A DNA stretch of 64,000 nucleotides from a virus, in IMG/VR virus record IMGVR_UViG_3300020045_002218, positions 1-64,000 of that record. The stretch is one strand, 5' to 3'. Both the position numbers and the translations under genes were made by a program. Below the pieces are notes generated by a model. That model was given only the letters and a program-made list of their open reading frames with translations, was not told the DNA's origin and made no database searches. How positions within the stretch are numbered: the first letter of the stretch is position 1; each line of letters opens with the position of its first letter. Below are positions 28,961 to 36,411 of the stretch, in pieces.

Positions 28961-29199
28961 GTAACAGATTGTCCTTTCATTAAATTTACTCCTTGTAAAT
29001 ATCCTGCATTAAACACTTCTTGAAATTCTGATTCTAAATTATTAGCAACTTTAATTAAGTCTTCTCCTTGTAAATCTTCATAAGCAATCCACAAAAAATC
29101 ATTATCATCTAAATCATTGCTTTGTAATCTATTCCACACACCTTCTTGAATAGGATCACAAAACATAATACCTATAGTTTTATCTTGTGCTAGTGTCAT
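28957..29199 (-). CDS. Hypothetical protein
   Basis: Tightly packed co-oriented ORF. Confidence 0.55.
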   Translation of the reverse strand: MTLAQDKTIGIMFCDPIQEGVWNRLQSNDLDDNDFLWIAYEDLQGEDLIKVANNLESEFQEVFNAGYLQGVNLMKGQSVT

Positions 29200-29415
29200 T
29201 TAAGATTCCTCAATTTCAAATGTACCTTTAGAGGTTGTAGCAATAAGTTTAGACACAAAAGTATCATCATCTATTTGGCAAGCTTGTTTCTTTAAGGAAT
29301 CTAAGATATGTGTGTAGAATCCAATAAGTTCAAATACATTAAAACCATCATTTGTTCTATTAATATGTAAAGTATTATCTTCTGATTCTTCTATAATTAA
29401 CGAATAATGTTTCAT
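29200..29415 (-). CDS. Hypothetical protein
   Basis: Tightly packed co-oriented ORF. Confidence 0.55.
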   Translation of the reverse strand: MKHYSLIIEESEDNTLHINRTNDGFNVFELIGFYTHILDSLKKQACQIDDDTFVSKLIATTSKGTFEIEES

Positions 29416-29700
29416 TTAAAAGTCCTGTATAATTGATGTTTCATCATCTACTTTAATTACAGTAGTATGTTCTTCTAATTCTTCCATAGAATCTAAACCA
29501 TAATTAGATAGATGATTCTCATTTGAATCTTCTGAGTATTCACAACACAATGCTATTACATCTAATTCATGTTGTTTAGTATCTTCTTCTAATCCTTCTA
29601 AGTATTCAAATAAAGCAGATAAACCTTCATAACTAAAGTTATCAGGTCTTAGAGTATTAAAAGCATCATGAAAGCTTGATTTACTAACTTGAATGTACAT
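29416..29700 (-). CDS. Conserved phage hypothetical protein
   Basis: RPDNFSYEGLSALFEYLE...ELDVIALCCEYSE motif typical of small phage proteins. Confidence 0.6.
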   Translation of the reverse strand: MYIQVSKSSFHDAFNTLRPDNFSYEGLSALFEYLEGLEEDTKQHELDVIALCCEYSEDSNENHLSNYGLDSMEELEEHTTVIKVDDETSIIQDF

Positions 29701-30079
29701 TTAACAATTCCTTAATACCTTTCATCATTGCTTCCTTTCTTGCTTTAGATTCTGGTGATTTCATTATTTTCCCATTCTCATCCTTAACAATAGCATCTTG
29801 GTTTGAGACTTTACTCATGTTATTTTTATGGACTAATTCCCAAGCTTTATGAACATCAATACCCATACTTAATAGTAAACCAAGTGTAACTACAATTACA
29901 TCACAGGATTCTTTAATAATATTTTCATCTGGTTCAGAATTCACTATTGCAGCATAAAGTTCATTATATTCTTCTCCAATAAGATTAAAATATAAAGATT
30001 GTTGATCTTCATTATATGTAGTTGTACTCTGATTACCTAAGTACATAAAGCTGGTTTGGTCTGTAATCATATCTGTCAT
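29684..30079 (-). CDS. MazG-like/all-alpha NTP pyrophosphohydrolase
   Basis: LIGEEYNEL..KESCD..VHKNNMSK..KDENGKIMK. Confidence 0.85.
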   Translation of the reverse strand: MTDMITDQTSFMYLGNQSTTTYNEDQQSLYFNLIGEEYNELYAAIVNSEPDENIIKESCDVIVVTLGLLLSMGIDVHKAWELVHKNNMSKVSNQDAIVKDENGKIMKSPESKARKEAMMKGIKELLNVHSS

Positions 30080-30303
30080 ATTGTCACCTCTTGTGTATTT
30101 AATAAGATACCTAATGTTGAAGTATCCAAGTTTAGAACAAAGCTATAATGACTTTTTGGAAACCAATTATCATTAAAACCTATTGAAAAGTTATCTGTAT
30201 TAGGATTTATCTTTATATAATTACCAGATACAAATTCACCTTCATAATCATAATCTTGTTCAATAGAGAATTTATCTCCAATGTTTAATTCACTTAGAAT
30301 CAT
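30076..30303 (-). CDS. Hypothetical protein
   Basis: Coupled ORF. Confidence 0.55.
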   Translation of the reverse strand: MILSELNIGDKFSIEQDYDYEGEFVSGNYIKINPNTDNFSIGFNDNWFPKSHYSFVLNLDTSTLGILLNTQEVTI

Positions 30304-31126
30304 TTTCTATTTCCTGTCTGTAGGATTTCCATCCTTTTAAATTACCTTTACCCTGTCCTGGTGTACATATATGCTCAAAGGGACTTGCATGTATAGGTAT
30401 TGCTTTAGATAAAGCATCTGTAATACGAATAGCTTTATCAATTGATGTATCATTAGTTCTATAACTTACTTGAGCGCAACAACTAACAGATACTTTTTTA
30501 GCTTGCTCTATAGTAAAACAAAGTATTCCATTATCTTTGGAATATTTCAATTCTTTTTGATATGTTCTCCAGTTGGATACATAAGGAGTATGCCATTCAC
30601 CTTCTTTAAGTAATACTGGTTTAGAATTCTCTAAAGCTACTTTAATTTTATAAGCTAAATCAGCTATCTCAGGCTGAGCATCTGGGTGTAACCTAAGAGA
30701 GATGAAATTATCAAAATCAGTGCTTGTAACAATAGTCTTAATATAAGACGCATATTCTGTATTCCTATTTGCTAGTTGTTTGTGTACTCCTACGGAGCTT
30801 AAAAGATATGAACCAAGTAAATTAATACATACGCCTGTCTTCCATAGAGCATTAGCTATAAAGATTCTTGGTTTAGATAATTGTACTTTAGCTTGCATAC
30901 CTGATTGGTTAGCCCCCCAATACCAAGGAACAAACACATTGTTCCAGATATTCTTAAGCATAGTTTTAACTGGTATAGCTCTACTTGATGCTGTATTGCG
31001 TGAGAAGACTCTATGAGTATTGAATTCAGCTAGAATGATTCTAGGGTATTCAAGTTCTAGTGTAGTAACTCTGTCTCCAGATTCATTAATAGAATCTGCT
31101 ATTACTTTTGCTGATGTGTTATTCAT
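30290..31126 (-). CDS. thyX: Flavin-dependent thymidylate synthase (phage type)
   Basis: AEFNTHRVFSRNTASSRAIP; LRLHPDAQPEI; HASPFEH. Confidence 0.9.
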   Translation of the reverse strand: MNNTSAKVIADSINESGDRVTTLELEYPRIILAEFNTHRVFSRNTASSRAIPVKTMLKNIWNNVFVPWYWGANQSGMQAKVQLSKPRIFIANALWKTGVCINLLGSYLLSSVGVHKQLANRNTEYASYIKTIVTSTDFDNFISLRLHPDAQPEIADLAYKIKVALENSKPVLLKEGEWHTPYVSNWRTYQKELKYSKDNGILCFTIEQAKKVSVSCCAQVSYRTNDTSIDKAIRITDALSKAIPIHASPFEHICTPGQGKGNLKGWKSYRQEIENDSK

Positions 31127-31307
31127 TATTTAATTCCGAAGTAGATATATAATCAATATACATTTTAATTACCTGTCCATTATTATTACCATCTTTAAGA
31201 AAATTTCTTAAGGACGAAATAAATTTACTTATATACTCATCATTGTATTCTTGTCTTAAATGATTATGTAACTTCTGTATATTGTATTCTTCTAAAGTTT
31301 TATTCAT
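31119..31307 (-). CDS. Hypothetical protein
   Basis: Coupled ORF. Confidence 0.5.
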   Translation of the reverse strand: MNKTLEEYNIQKLHNHLRQEYNDEYISKFISSLRNFLKDGNNNGQVIKMYIDYISTSELNNE

Positions 31308-31681
31308 TAAAATTTACTCTTAAAATGTAATGTATGCTTGCCTGAAAAGTACGTCAAATTGGAACGTACAGGCTGTTTATGTTGTGCTACAAATAAAGTA
31401 ATCTCTTTGTATACATTACGTTCTTTAATACGCTTAAATCGAGCTGTAGTGTATTGTGGACTATGAACTATGTCACATAAATGAGACGACTTAGCACCGT
31501 ATTTCTTTGGATTACTCTTTCTGTTATTTGCTACTTGTAATACCTTAAGCCAAGATGATCTATCTTCTCTAGCTTCAAAGTAAATATTCTGACTAGCACA
31601 TACCATTTCTGATTTAGTTAAAGCATTAACATTAAAAGATAAACCAAGTAAACATATTAGTAATAGTTTATTCATTTTCAA
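31307..31681 (-). CDS. SleB/Hydrolase_2-like cell wall hydrolase with signal peptide
   Basis: Hydrophobic leader ending VNA; C..QNIYFEAR.E; NR; LCDIV..P.QY. Confidence 0.7.
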   Translation of the reverse strand: MKMNKLLLICLLGLSFNVNALTKSEMVCASQNIYFEAREDRSSWLKVLQVANNRKSNPKKYGAKSSHLCDIVHSPQYTTARFKRIKERNVYKEITLFVAQHKQPVRSNLTYFSGKHTLHFKSKF

Positions 31682-31979
31682 TAATCATTTCCTTCCATCT
31701 CTCAAGAGTAAGAATAACTTCATCTATATCTTGGTGTAATGGTTTAATTGATTTACCTGCTCTAAGTAATTTCTTAATTGCATGTTGTTGTGCAGGATTA
31801 GTTATTTGGAATATTTCAAGTATTCTGTAAACATCTACTTTAATTCCTTTAAAAGAGAATCTATAGTGTTTACCTAAATCTTCCTTAATTCCTGTAATAT
31901 TCTTTTCTTCCATATCCATCCAATTTCTAAAATTTCTTTGTTGATTTACAAACCAAGAATTACGCATCTTCATCCTCAT
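31668..31979 (-). CDS. Conserved phage protein
   Basis: VDVYRILEIF..TNPAQQHAIKKLLRAGK motif. Confidence 0.6.
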   Translation of the reverse strand: MRMKMRNSWFVNQQRNFRNWMDMEEKNITGIKEDLGKHYRFSFKGIKVDVYRILEIFQITNPAQQHAIKKLLRAGKSIKPLHQDIDEVILTLERWKEMIIENE

Positions 31980-32190
31980 CTAATGTTTGTTGCATAACAC
32001 AAGTGCTACATTGTGTAGCATTAAGTAATCTTAACCTTGTTGGTTCAATTTCTCTACCACAAGATTTACATCTTCTTGGATTACCATCCCAACCATCACA
32101 CCTGATTCTATTAGCTAATCTCATTTCAAGTGTTTTTTGTTCAAATGATGCACCAGAGTCTGCATCTACAAAATTATCAAAATCACTCAT
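31960..32190 (-). CDS. TraR/DksA-like C4 zinc-finger protein
   Basis: N-terminal D..D.D; CKSCGREIEPTRL...ATQCSTC. Confidence 0.75.
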   Translation of the reverse strand: MSDFDNFVDADSGASFEQKTLEMRLANRIRCDGWDGNPRRCKSCGREIEPTRLRLLNATQCSTCVMQQTLDEDEDA

Positions 32191-32369
32191 GCTAGTAGAA
32201 TCTCTGGTAAAGGTTGCTTGAATAGAAACTCATGTAATTCTTGTTTCTTAGTTTGAATTACATCTTTATTATGAGAATCTACAGGAAGGTATATTTCACA
32301 TCCTGAATGATCTATTCCCATAATATATACTTTCTTTGTATTTAATGGAACATTGTTAAATGGATTCAT
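32187..32369 (-). CDS. Hypothetical protein
   Basis: Coupled ORF. Confidence 0.5.
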   Translation of the reverse strand: MNPFNNVPLNTKKVYIMGIDHSGCEIYLPVDSHNKDVIQTKKQELHEFLFKQPLPEILLA

Positions 32370-32520
32370 TTTTATTCTCTCTTATATAACGATAGGAATG
32401 GCATAAGTCACAATTACCTATACCTTTACATTTAGGACAAGGAATCATATTAACATTGTTAAACCAATGTTTATTATAATTCCACAAATTCCAACCAGGT
32501 TGTTTATATTTATTGTTCAT
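32356..32520 (-). CDS. Small zinc-finger protein
   Basis: CPKCKGIGNCDLC; start set at MNNKYK. Confidence 0.55.
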   Translation of the reverse strand: MNNKYKQPGWNLWNYNKHWFNNVNMIPCPKCKGIGNCDLCHSYRYIRENKNESI

Positions 32521-32604
32521 TTTTGTTAAGTACCTTGAGGCAAGCAACAGATTAGCAATGGTGGAATAGACCTAGGATTTACCACAAGATTTTACAAGGC
32601 ACTT

Positions 32605-32642
32605 AAAAAAAAAACCATTAACATATAAAGTATTGATGGTTT
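32605..32642 (-). terminator. Intrinsic terminator
   Basis: On -: AAAACCATCAATAC...GTTAATGGTTTT followed by a long T run. Confidence 0.6.
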
Positions 32643-32697
32643 GAGTTGAGGATTAACCTCGGAGGTGAAATACTATGTACGCATCACATAGTTTGGT

Positions 32698-32841
32698 TTA
32701 ATACACATAATACTAGGATTTATTGCGGATCTAACATTTGTTTTTACTAGCTTTACATAACCCCAACTATAACACTTTCTTATAGCTCGTTACTGTCCGT
32801 AATGATTCAACTGGTTTACCAGTATTCATTATATGTATTAA
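32698..32841 (-). ncRNA. Candidate structured ncRNA, about 144 nt
   Basis: Closing 14-bp stem TTAATACATATAAT/ATTATGTGTATTAA (one G-U on -) enclosing two hairpins; no ORF. Confidence 0.4.
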
Positions 32842-32948
32842 ATTTGGAGCAGGTCGTAGGGAAAACACGAAATAAGTTTAACAATTCTTTATCAGGAATT
32901 CAACTTTAAGTAGTTATCAGGCTATTCTACTTGAGCCATGACTTTATA

Positions 32949-33131
32949 CTAACGAAACACTGTTATCTCTTCTAAATGGTTTATGAGGTTTAAAGTATAT
33001 AACCTCTTACGAACTTCATTATTGTATAATCTCCAAAGTGCTGTGGAATAGCTTAACCTAACAGTGCTACATAAAAACCACCTTAATATATGGGTTAGTA
33101 TTGTTAAAAAACATATCAAATTCCTTTTCAT
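32949..33131 (-). CDS. Hypothetical protein
   Basis: Co-oriented ORF. Confidence 0.4.
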   Translation of the reverse strand: MKRNLICFLTILTHILRWFLCSTVRLSYSTALWRLYNNEVRKRLYTLNLINHLEEITVFR

Positions 33132-33167
33132 TGTGGGTAAAAGTGGCAGAATGCCACATTTAAAATA

Positions 33168-33416
33168 TTATCTGTTTTGTCTGAGGTCAGCTAAAGAACG
33201 AGTAAGATCCATTGAAGCTCTTTTTAAAGAGCTAGTCTGTTTTACACCAGATACTAGATAATCTGGATTGTCTGTATAAGTAAAAAATTTATTAGGGTTT
33301 GTGTTGTGTCTTGCTCTAGCTTGAATTTCTTCTTCGCTTAAAGCTAATACTGTATCTATTTTTGAAATAAGTAATTCAGCACTATCTCTAACTAAAAGTA
33401 AAGTTGTTTTATTCAT
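33168..33416 (-). CDS. Hypothetical protein
   Basis: SLKRASMDLTRSLADLR motif; coupled ORF. Confidence 0.55.
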   Translation of the reverse strand: MNKTTLLLVRDSAELLISKIDTVLALSEEEIQARARHNTNPNKFFTYTDNPDYLVSGVKQTSSLKRASMDLTRSLADLRQNR

Positions 33417-33631
33417 AATTTTTGTAATGTAAGTTTAATTTGTTCATTAGACATATCATGTAACTGTCTAATGAATTTATTCATTCTTATACTCATGGGT
33501 TCATAAAATATTGTTTTAAGATACTCTCGATAGTCTCTAAACCCAGAATAATATATTAAACCTACATCTAATAATATAGAATGAAGTTCTTGGTTCTCTG
33601 TTGTTGAAGTAAATCCTTTTTGTTTTTCCAT
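33413..33631 (-). CDS. Hypothetical protein
   Basis: Coupled ORF. Confidence 0.5.
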   Translation of the reverse strand: MEKQKGFTSTTENQELHSILLDVGLIYYSGFRDYREYLKTIFYEPMSIRMNKFIRQLHDMSNEQIKLTLQKL

Positions 33632-33632
33632 G

Positions 33633-33860
33633 TTATGCGTTTAAGTGATAAATTAATTGTATACAATTTCCTAAAATAGATAGTGAAAGTAACCAGAGTA
33701 TTAAAAATGATTTCATTCTTTCATCAGAAAGTTCTGAATGTAATGCTCTCCATTGAGATAACATACCATCAATTTCTTGTATAGCTTCTTTTCTTTTTAT
33801 CCATTCTCCTTTAGGATCTTCTAACATTCCTTTAAACCGTGTATGTCTAAATCGTTTCAT
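33633..33860 (-). CDS. Hypothetical membrane-anchored protein
   Basis: C-terminal hydrophobic helix. Confidence 0.5.
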   Translation of the reverse strand: MKRFRHTRFKGMLEDPKGEWIKRKEAIQEIDGMLSQWRALHSELSDERMKSFLILWLLSLSILGNCIQLIYHLNA

Positions 33861-34960
33861 TTATTTCCCTTACAAATATCAAGTATTTGTTTTATTGTTG
33901 AGTTGTTTGGTAATCCAATAGGTGTACTCCAGTTAGGATAGAATAAATCTACACTAGCTGAAATCTTTACAATATCGTGCTGTATTGCTTCTAATTCTTG
34001 CCAAGCCATACACTCAGTTAATTTCTTATTAAACCATTCTACACAGCCTATAGTGTCTTTAATCAGGTAATACTGAGCATCATGTATATGTGCTGATGGT
34101 TTAATATCTAAAGCATATTTAGATGCTAATACTCTTTGTTGCATCTCAATAGCAGATCTATTATTAAGTAATCCATACGATTGACCTAAAGCATTACCTG
34201 CTGTTCTTGATTCAGCTTTAGCTTCATTAGGTGTATTTTTATTACCTAAAATAGTTTGTTTAAGAATAGGCGTTCTAACTCTTAAACCAAATGCACAAGT
34301 AACATAACCATCTTTAGTTGCTTGTACTAATTGAGTATGAACCCATTCATCACTTACTTGATAAAGCTTATGATAATTGGTTTCAATTTGTTTAGCTCTT
34401 TCAACAGGTAAACCAAGATTCTTAACTAAGGTACTCCAAGTACCCTGATAAGTTAAGGCAAATGTTGGACACTTACTTTCTTGTCTCCAGTAAGGATATA
34501 CCTTAGCAATTGAATTAATAGACTCTACAGTATTTACTATATCAGGAAATTGTTCAGGAAAGTAAGCATAAGCTCTTAACGAATGTCCATCAAAACCGTC
34601 AACGTAACATTTTAGTTTGTTGGGATCTTTAGTTGTAAGAGCAGATACTTTGTCCTCTAAAGCGTCAAAATCAGCTCCAGCAAATATCCATCCTTTAGGA
34701 GCAATAAAACATTTCTTAATTAACTTTCCATATTGACTATTAGAAGGCAAATTTTGTAAATTCGGGGATGAACTACTTAATCTACCTGATACAGTTCCTC
34801 CAAGGTTAAAATTACCATGCAGGTAATAATAACCATCATCCTTTAATATTGACTTCTCTTTAAATGCAGATATGAATGTAGAGAGAATTTTCTCGACTGC
34901 TGATAATTCAATGAGTGCTTTTAGTAGTTTAGCAATTTCTATTGCTTCTTGTTTTGTCAT
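33857..34960 (-). CDS. DNA polymerase family A, C-terminal polymerase subunit (split gene)
   Basis: GGTVSGRLSSSSPNLQNLP; motif A GADFDALEDK; motif B RQESKCPTFALTYQG; motif C IHDAQY; ATG 34960 overlaps the upstream stop (ATGA). Confidence 0.92.
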   Translation of the reverse strand: MTKQEAIEIAKLLKALIELSAVEKILSTFISAFKEKSILKDDGYYYLHGNFNLGGTVSGRLSSSSPNLQNLPSNSQYGKLIKKCFIAPKGWIFAGADFDALEDKVSALTTKDPNKLKCYVDGFDGHSLRAYAYFPEQFPDIVNTVESINSIAKVYPYWRQESKCPTFALTYQGTWSTLVKNLGLPVERAKQIETNYHKLYQVSDEWVHTQLVQATKDGYVTCAFGLRVRTPILKQTILGNKNTPNEAKAESRTAGNALGQSYGLLNNRSAIEMQQRVLASKYALDIKPSAHIHDAQYYLIKDTIGCVEWFNKKLTECMAWQELEAIQHDIVKISASVDLFYPNWSTPIGLPNNSTIKQILDICKGNK

Positions 34961-35106
34961 AAACATCTTTGCCAAAGAATATTTAATCCACCTACTACAG
35001 CTCCTAAAAGATAATTTAACTCTTTAATAGGATTTACTTCCATTACTAAATAAGCTAAACCAAGATTTGCTATTAGTATTAATGTTTGTTTAAGTACACA
35101 ATTCAT
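34957..35106 (-). CDS. Small membrane protein between the polymerase halves
   Basis: MNCVLKQTLILIANLGLAYL...LLGAVVGGLNILW. Confidence 0.45.
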   Translation of the reverse strand: MNCVLKQTLILIANLGLAYLVMEVNPIKELNYLLGAVVGGLNILWQRCL

Positions 35107-35317
35107 AAGTAACATCCTCAAGTAAATAATCTCTTGCTTGTAAAGCATAAGCATAAATATGATTCATATCATCTCTTCCATAAGTATCAATATCAAAGTA
35201 ATCTTCTTCATCAATCTCAGGAAATTCTTCTGATAAATACTCATAATAATTCTGTTCTTCAGTATAGATAACATTATCTACAAGTTTTTGAAATACTTCT
35301 TTATGTGTTTTATTCAT
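35090..35317 (-). CDS. Hypothetical acidic protein
   Basis: Coupled ORF. Confidence 0.55.
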   Translation of the reverse strand: MNKTHKEVFQKLVDNVIYTEEQNYYEYLSEEFPEIDEEDYFDIDTYGRDDMNHIYAYALQARDYLLEDVTYELCT

Positions 35318-35467
35318 TTGTATTGCTCACATTGATCTTGTTGATCACTAAAGTTACTACAAGGATTGTTAATATCTACAGTAATATTTAAAGCTATAAA
35401 AAGTAATACAGTTAAAATAATTAAATCAAGGAATATAATAAATTCGTTTAAAAACTGTAAGGACTCT

Positions 35468-35755
35468 TTAATCATGACCTTCACTTAATATTATAGACTT
35501 TAATGATTCAAAAGCTTCTGGAAGTATTTGTAATAATTGTTCCTTATAGTCACCTAACCAAAAACCTATTTTTATGTTTTGTTTAGAATGATGTAGTATT
35601 TCGTTTTGTTCTAAAAGAGTTTTATTAATACTTTCTAATGAAATAGTTTTTTCTTCTAACTCATTTACTTTATTTGTTAAATCTATAATTTGCATACGAG
35701 AATGTGAAAGTATATATAACACCTTTTTTGTTTCTTCATCTAATTCAGTATTCAT
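35468..35755 (-). CDS. Hypothetical coiled-coil protein
   Basis: Coupled ORF with SD GGAGG. Confidence 0.55.
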   Translation of the reverse strand: MNTELDEETKKVLYILSHSRMQIIDLTNKVNELEEKTISLESINKTLLEQNEILHHSKQNIKIGFWLGDYKEQLLQILPEAFESLKSIILSEGHD

Positions 35756-35973
35756 TTGATTACCTCCATATAGTTAGTTGGTTCAAAGTCTTCATCTAAT
35801 TTAAAAATAACTATACCATTTCTATCTAATCCCCATCTAACCGCAAACCAACAACCTTCTTCAATATCATTTTCTGTAAAGGTGTTATGTTGAGGATTCT
35901 CTTTAAAATGTTTAGCTGCTTTAAGAACAAAAACTTCTTCTTCTTTTCTAGCTGATAAGTAAATATGTTTCAT
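35752..35973 (-). CDS. Hypothetical protein
   Basis: Coupled ORF with SD GGAG. Confidence 0.55.
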   Translation of the reverse strand: MKHIYLSARKEEEVFVLKAAKHFKENPQHNTFTENDIEEGCWFAVRWGLDRNGIVIFKLDEDFEPTNYMEVIK

Positions 35974-36191
35974 TTAAACTCCAAAGGTAATTCTAAATGT
36001 GATACAAGTAATTTAATAAATGTACATAATTCTTCTTTTGATAATTTACAAGAATCATAATCAGCAACTGAAATATAACAAGTACCATTTGGTTTACTTT
36101 CAAAAGATAATCCAGCTAATTCTATCTCTTTCTTATCTTTAAATTTAAAAGCATAAGCATCTTTATTACCTATAGGTATGTGTTGTTCCAT
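35970..36191 (-). CDS. Hypothetical protein
   Basis: SD AAGGA, co-oriented. Confidence 0.55.
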   Translation of the reverse strand: MEQHIPIGNKDAYAFKFKDKKEIELAGLSFESKPNGTCYISVADYDSCKLSKEELCTFIKLLVSHLELPLEFK

Positions 36192-36203
36192 TATTCTTCC
36201 TTA

Positions 36204-36410
36204 TTAATCAATATAACAATATTCAATAGTTTCTGAGCCTGTCAGTCTATCAATTCTTTTGAATTTTAATTTTATTCTTATGTATTCAGATCCTTCTAGT
36301 CTTTGATTATGGTATTCTTTATACCATTTTTCAGAAATCTCTTTAATAGGTTCTTCACGATACCGATTAAATAAACGATCCCAAAGATTTAATTTCTCAG
36401 GTTCAGCCAT
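36204..36410 (-). CDS. Hypothetical protein
   Basis: Starts MAEPEK right after the stop of the polymerase N-terminal half. Confidence 0.55.
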   Translation of the reverse strand: MAEPEKLNLWDRLFNRYREEPIKEISEKWYKEYHNQRLEGSEYIRIKLKFKRIDRLTGSETIEYCYID

Positions 36411-36411
36411 G

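Noticed and set aside
32905-32937. Fluoride riboswitch or hammerhead ribozyme (CTGATAA)
   Set aside because: Only superficial: lacks the conserved fluoride riboswitch 5' residues and P2, and lacks the hammerhead CUGAUGA/GAAA core and stems
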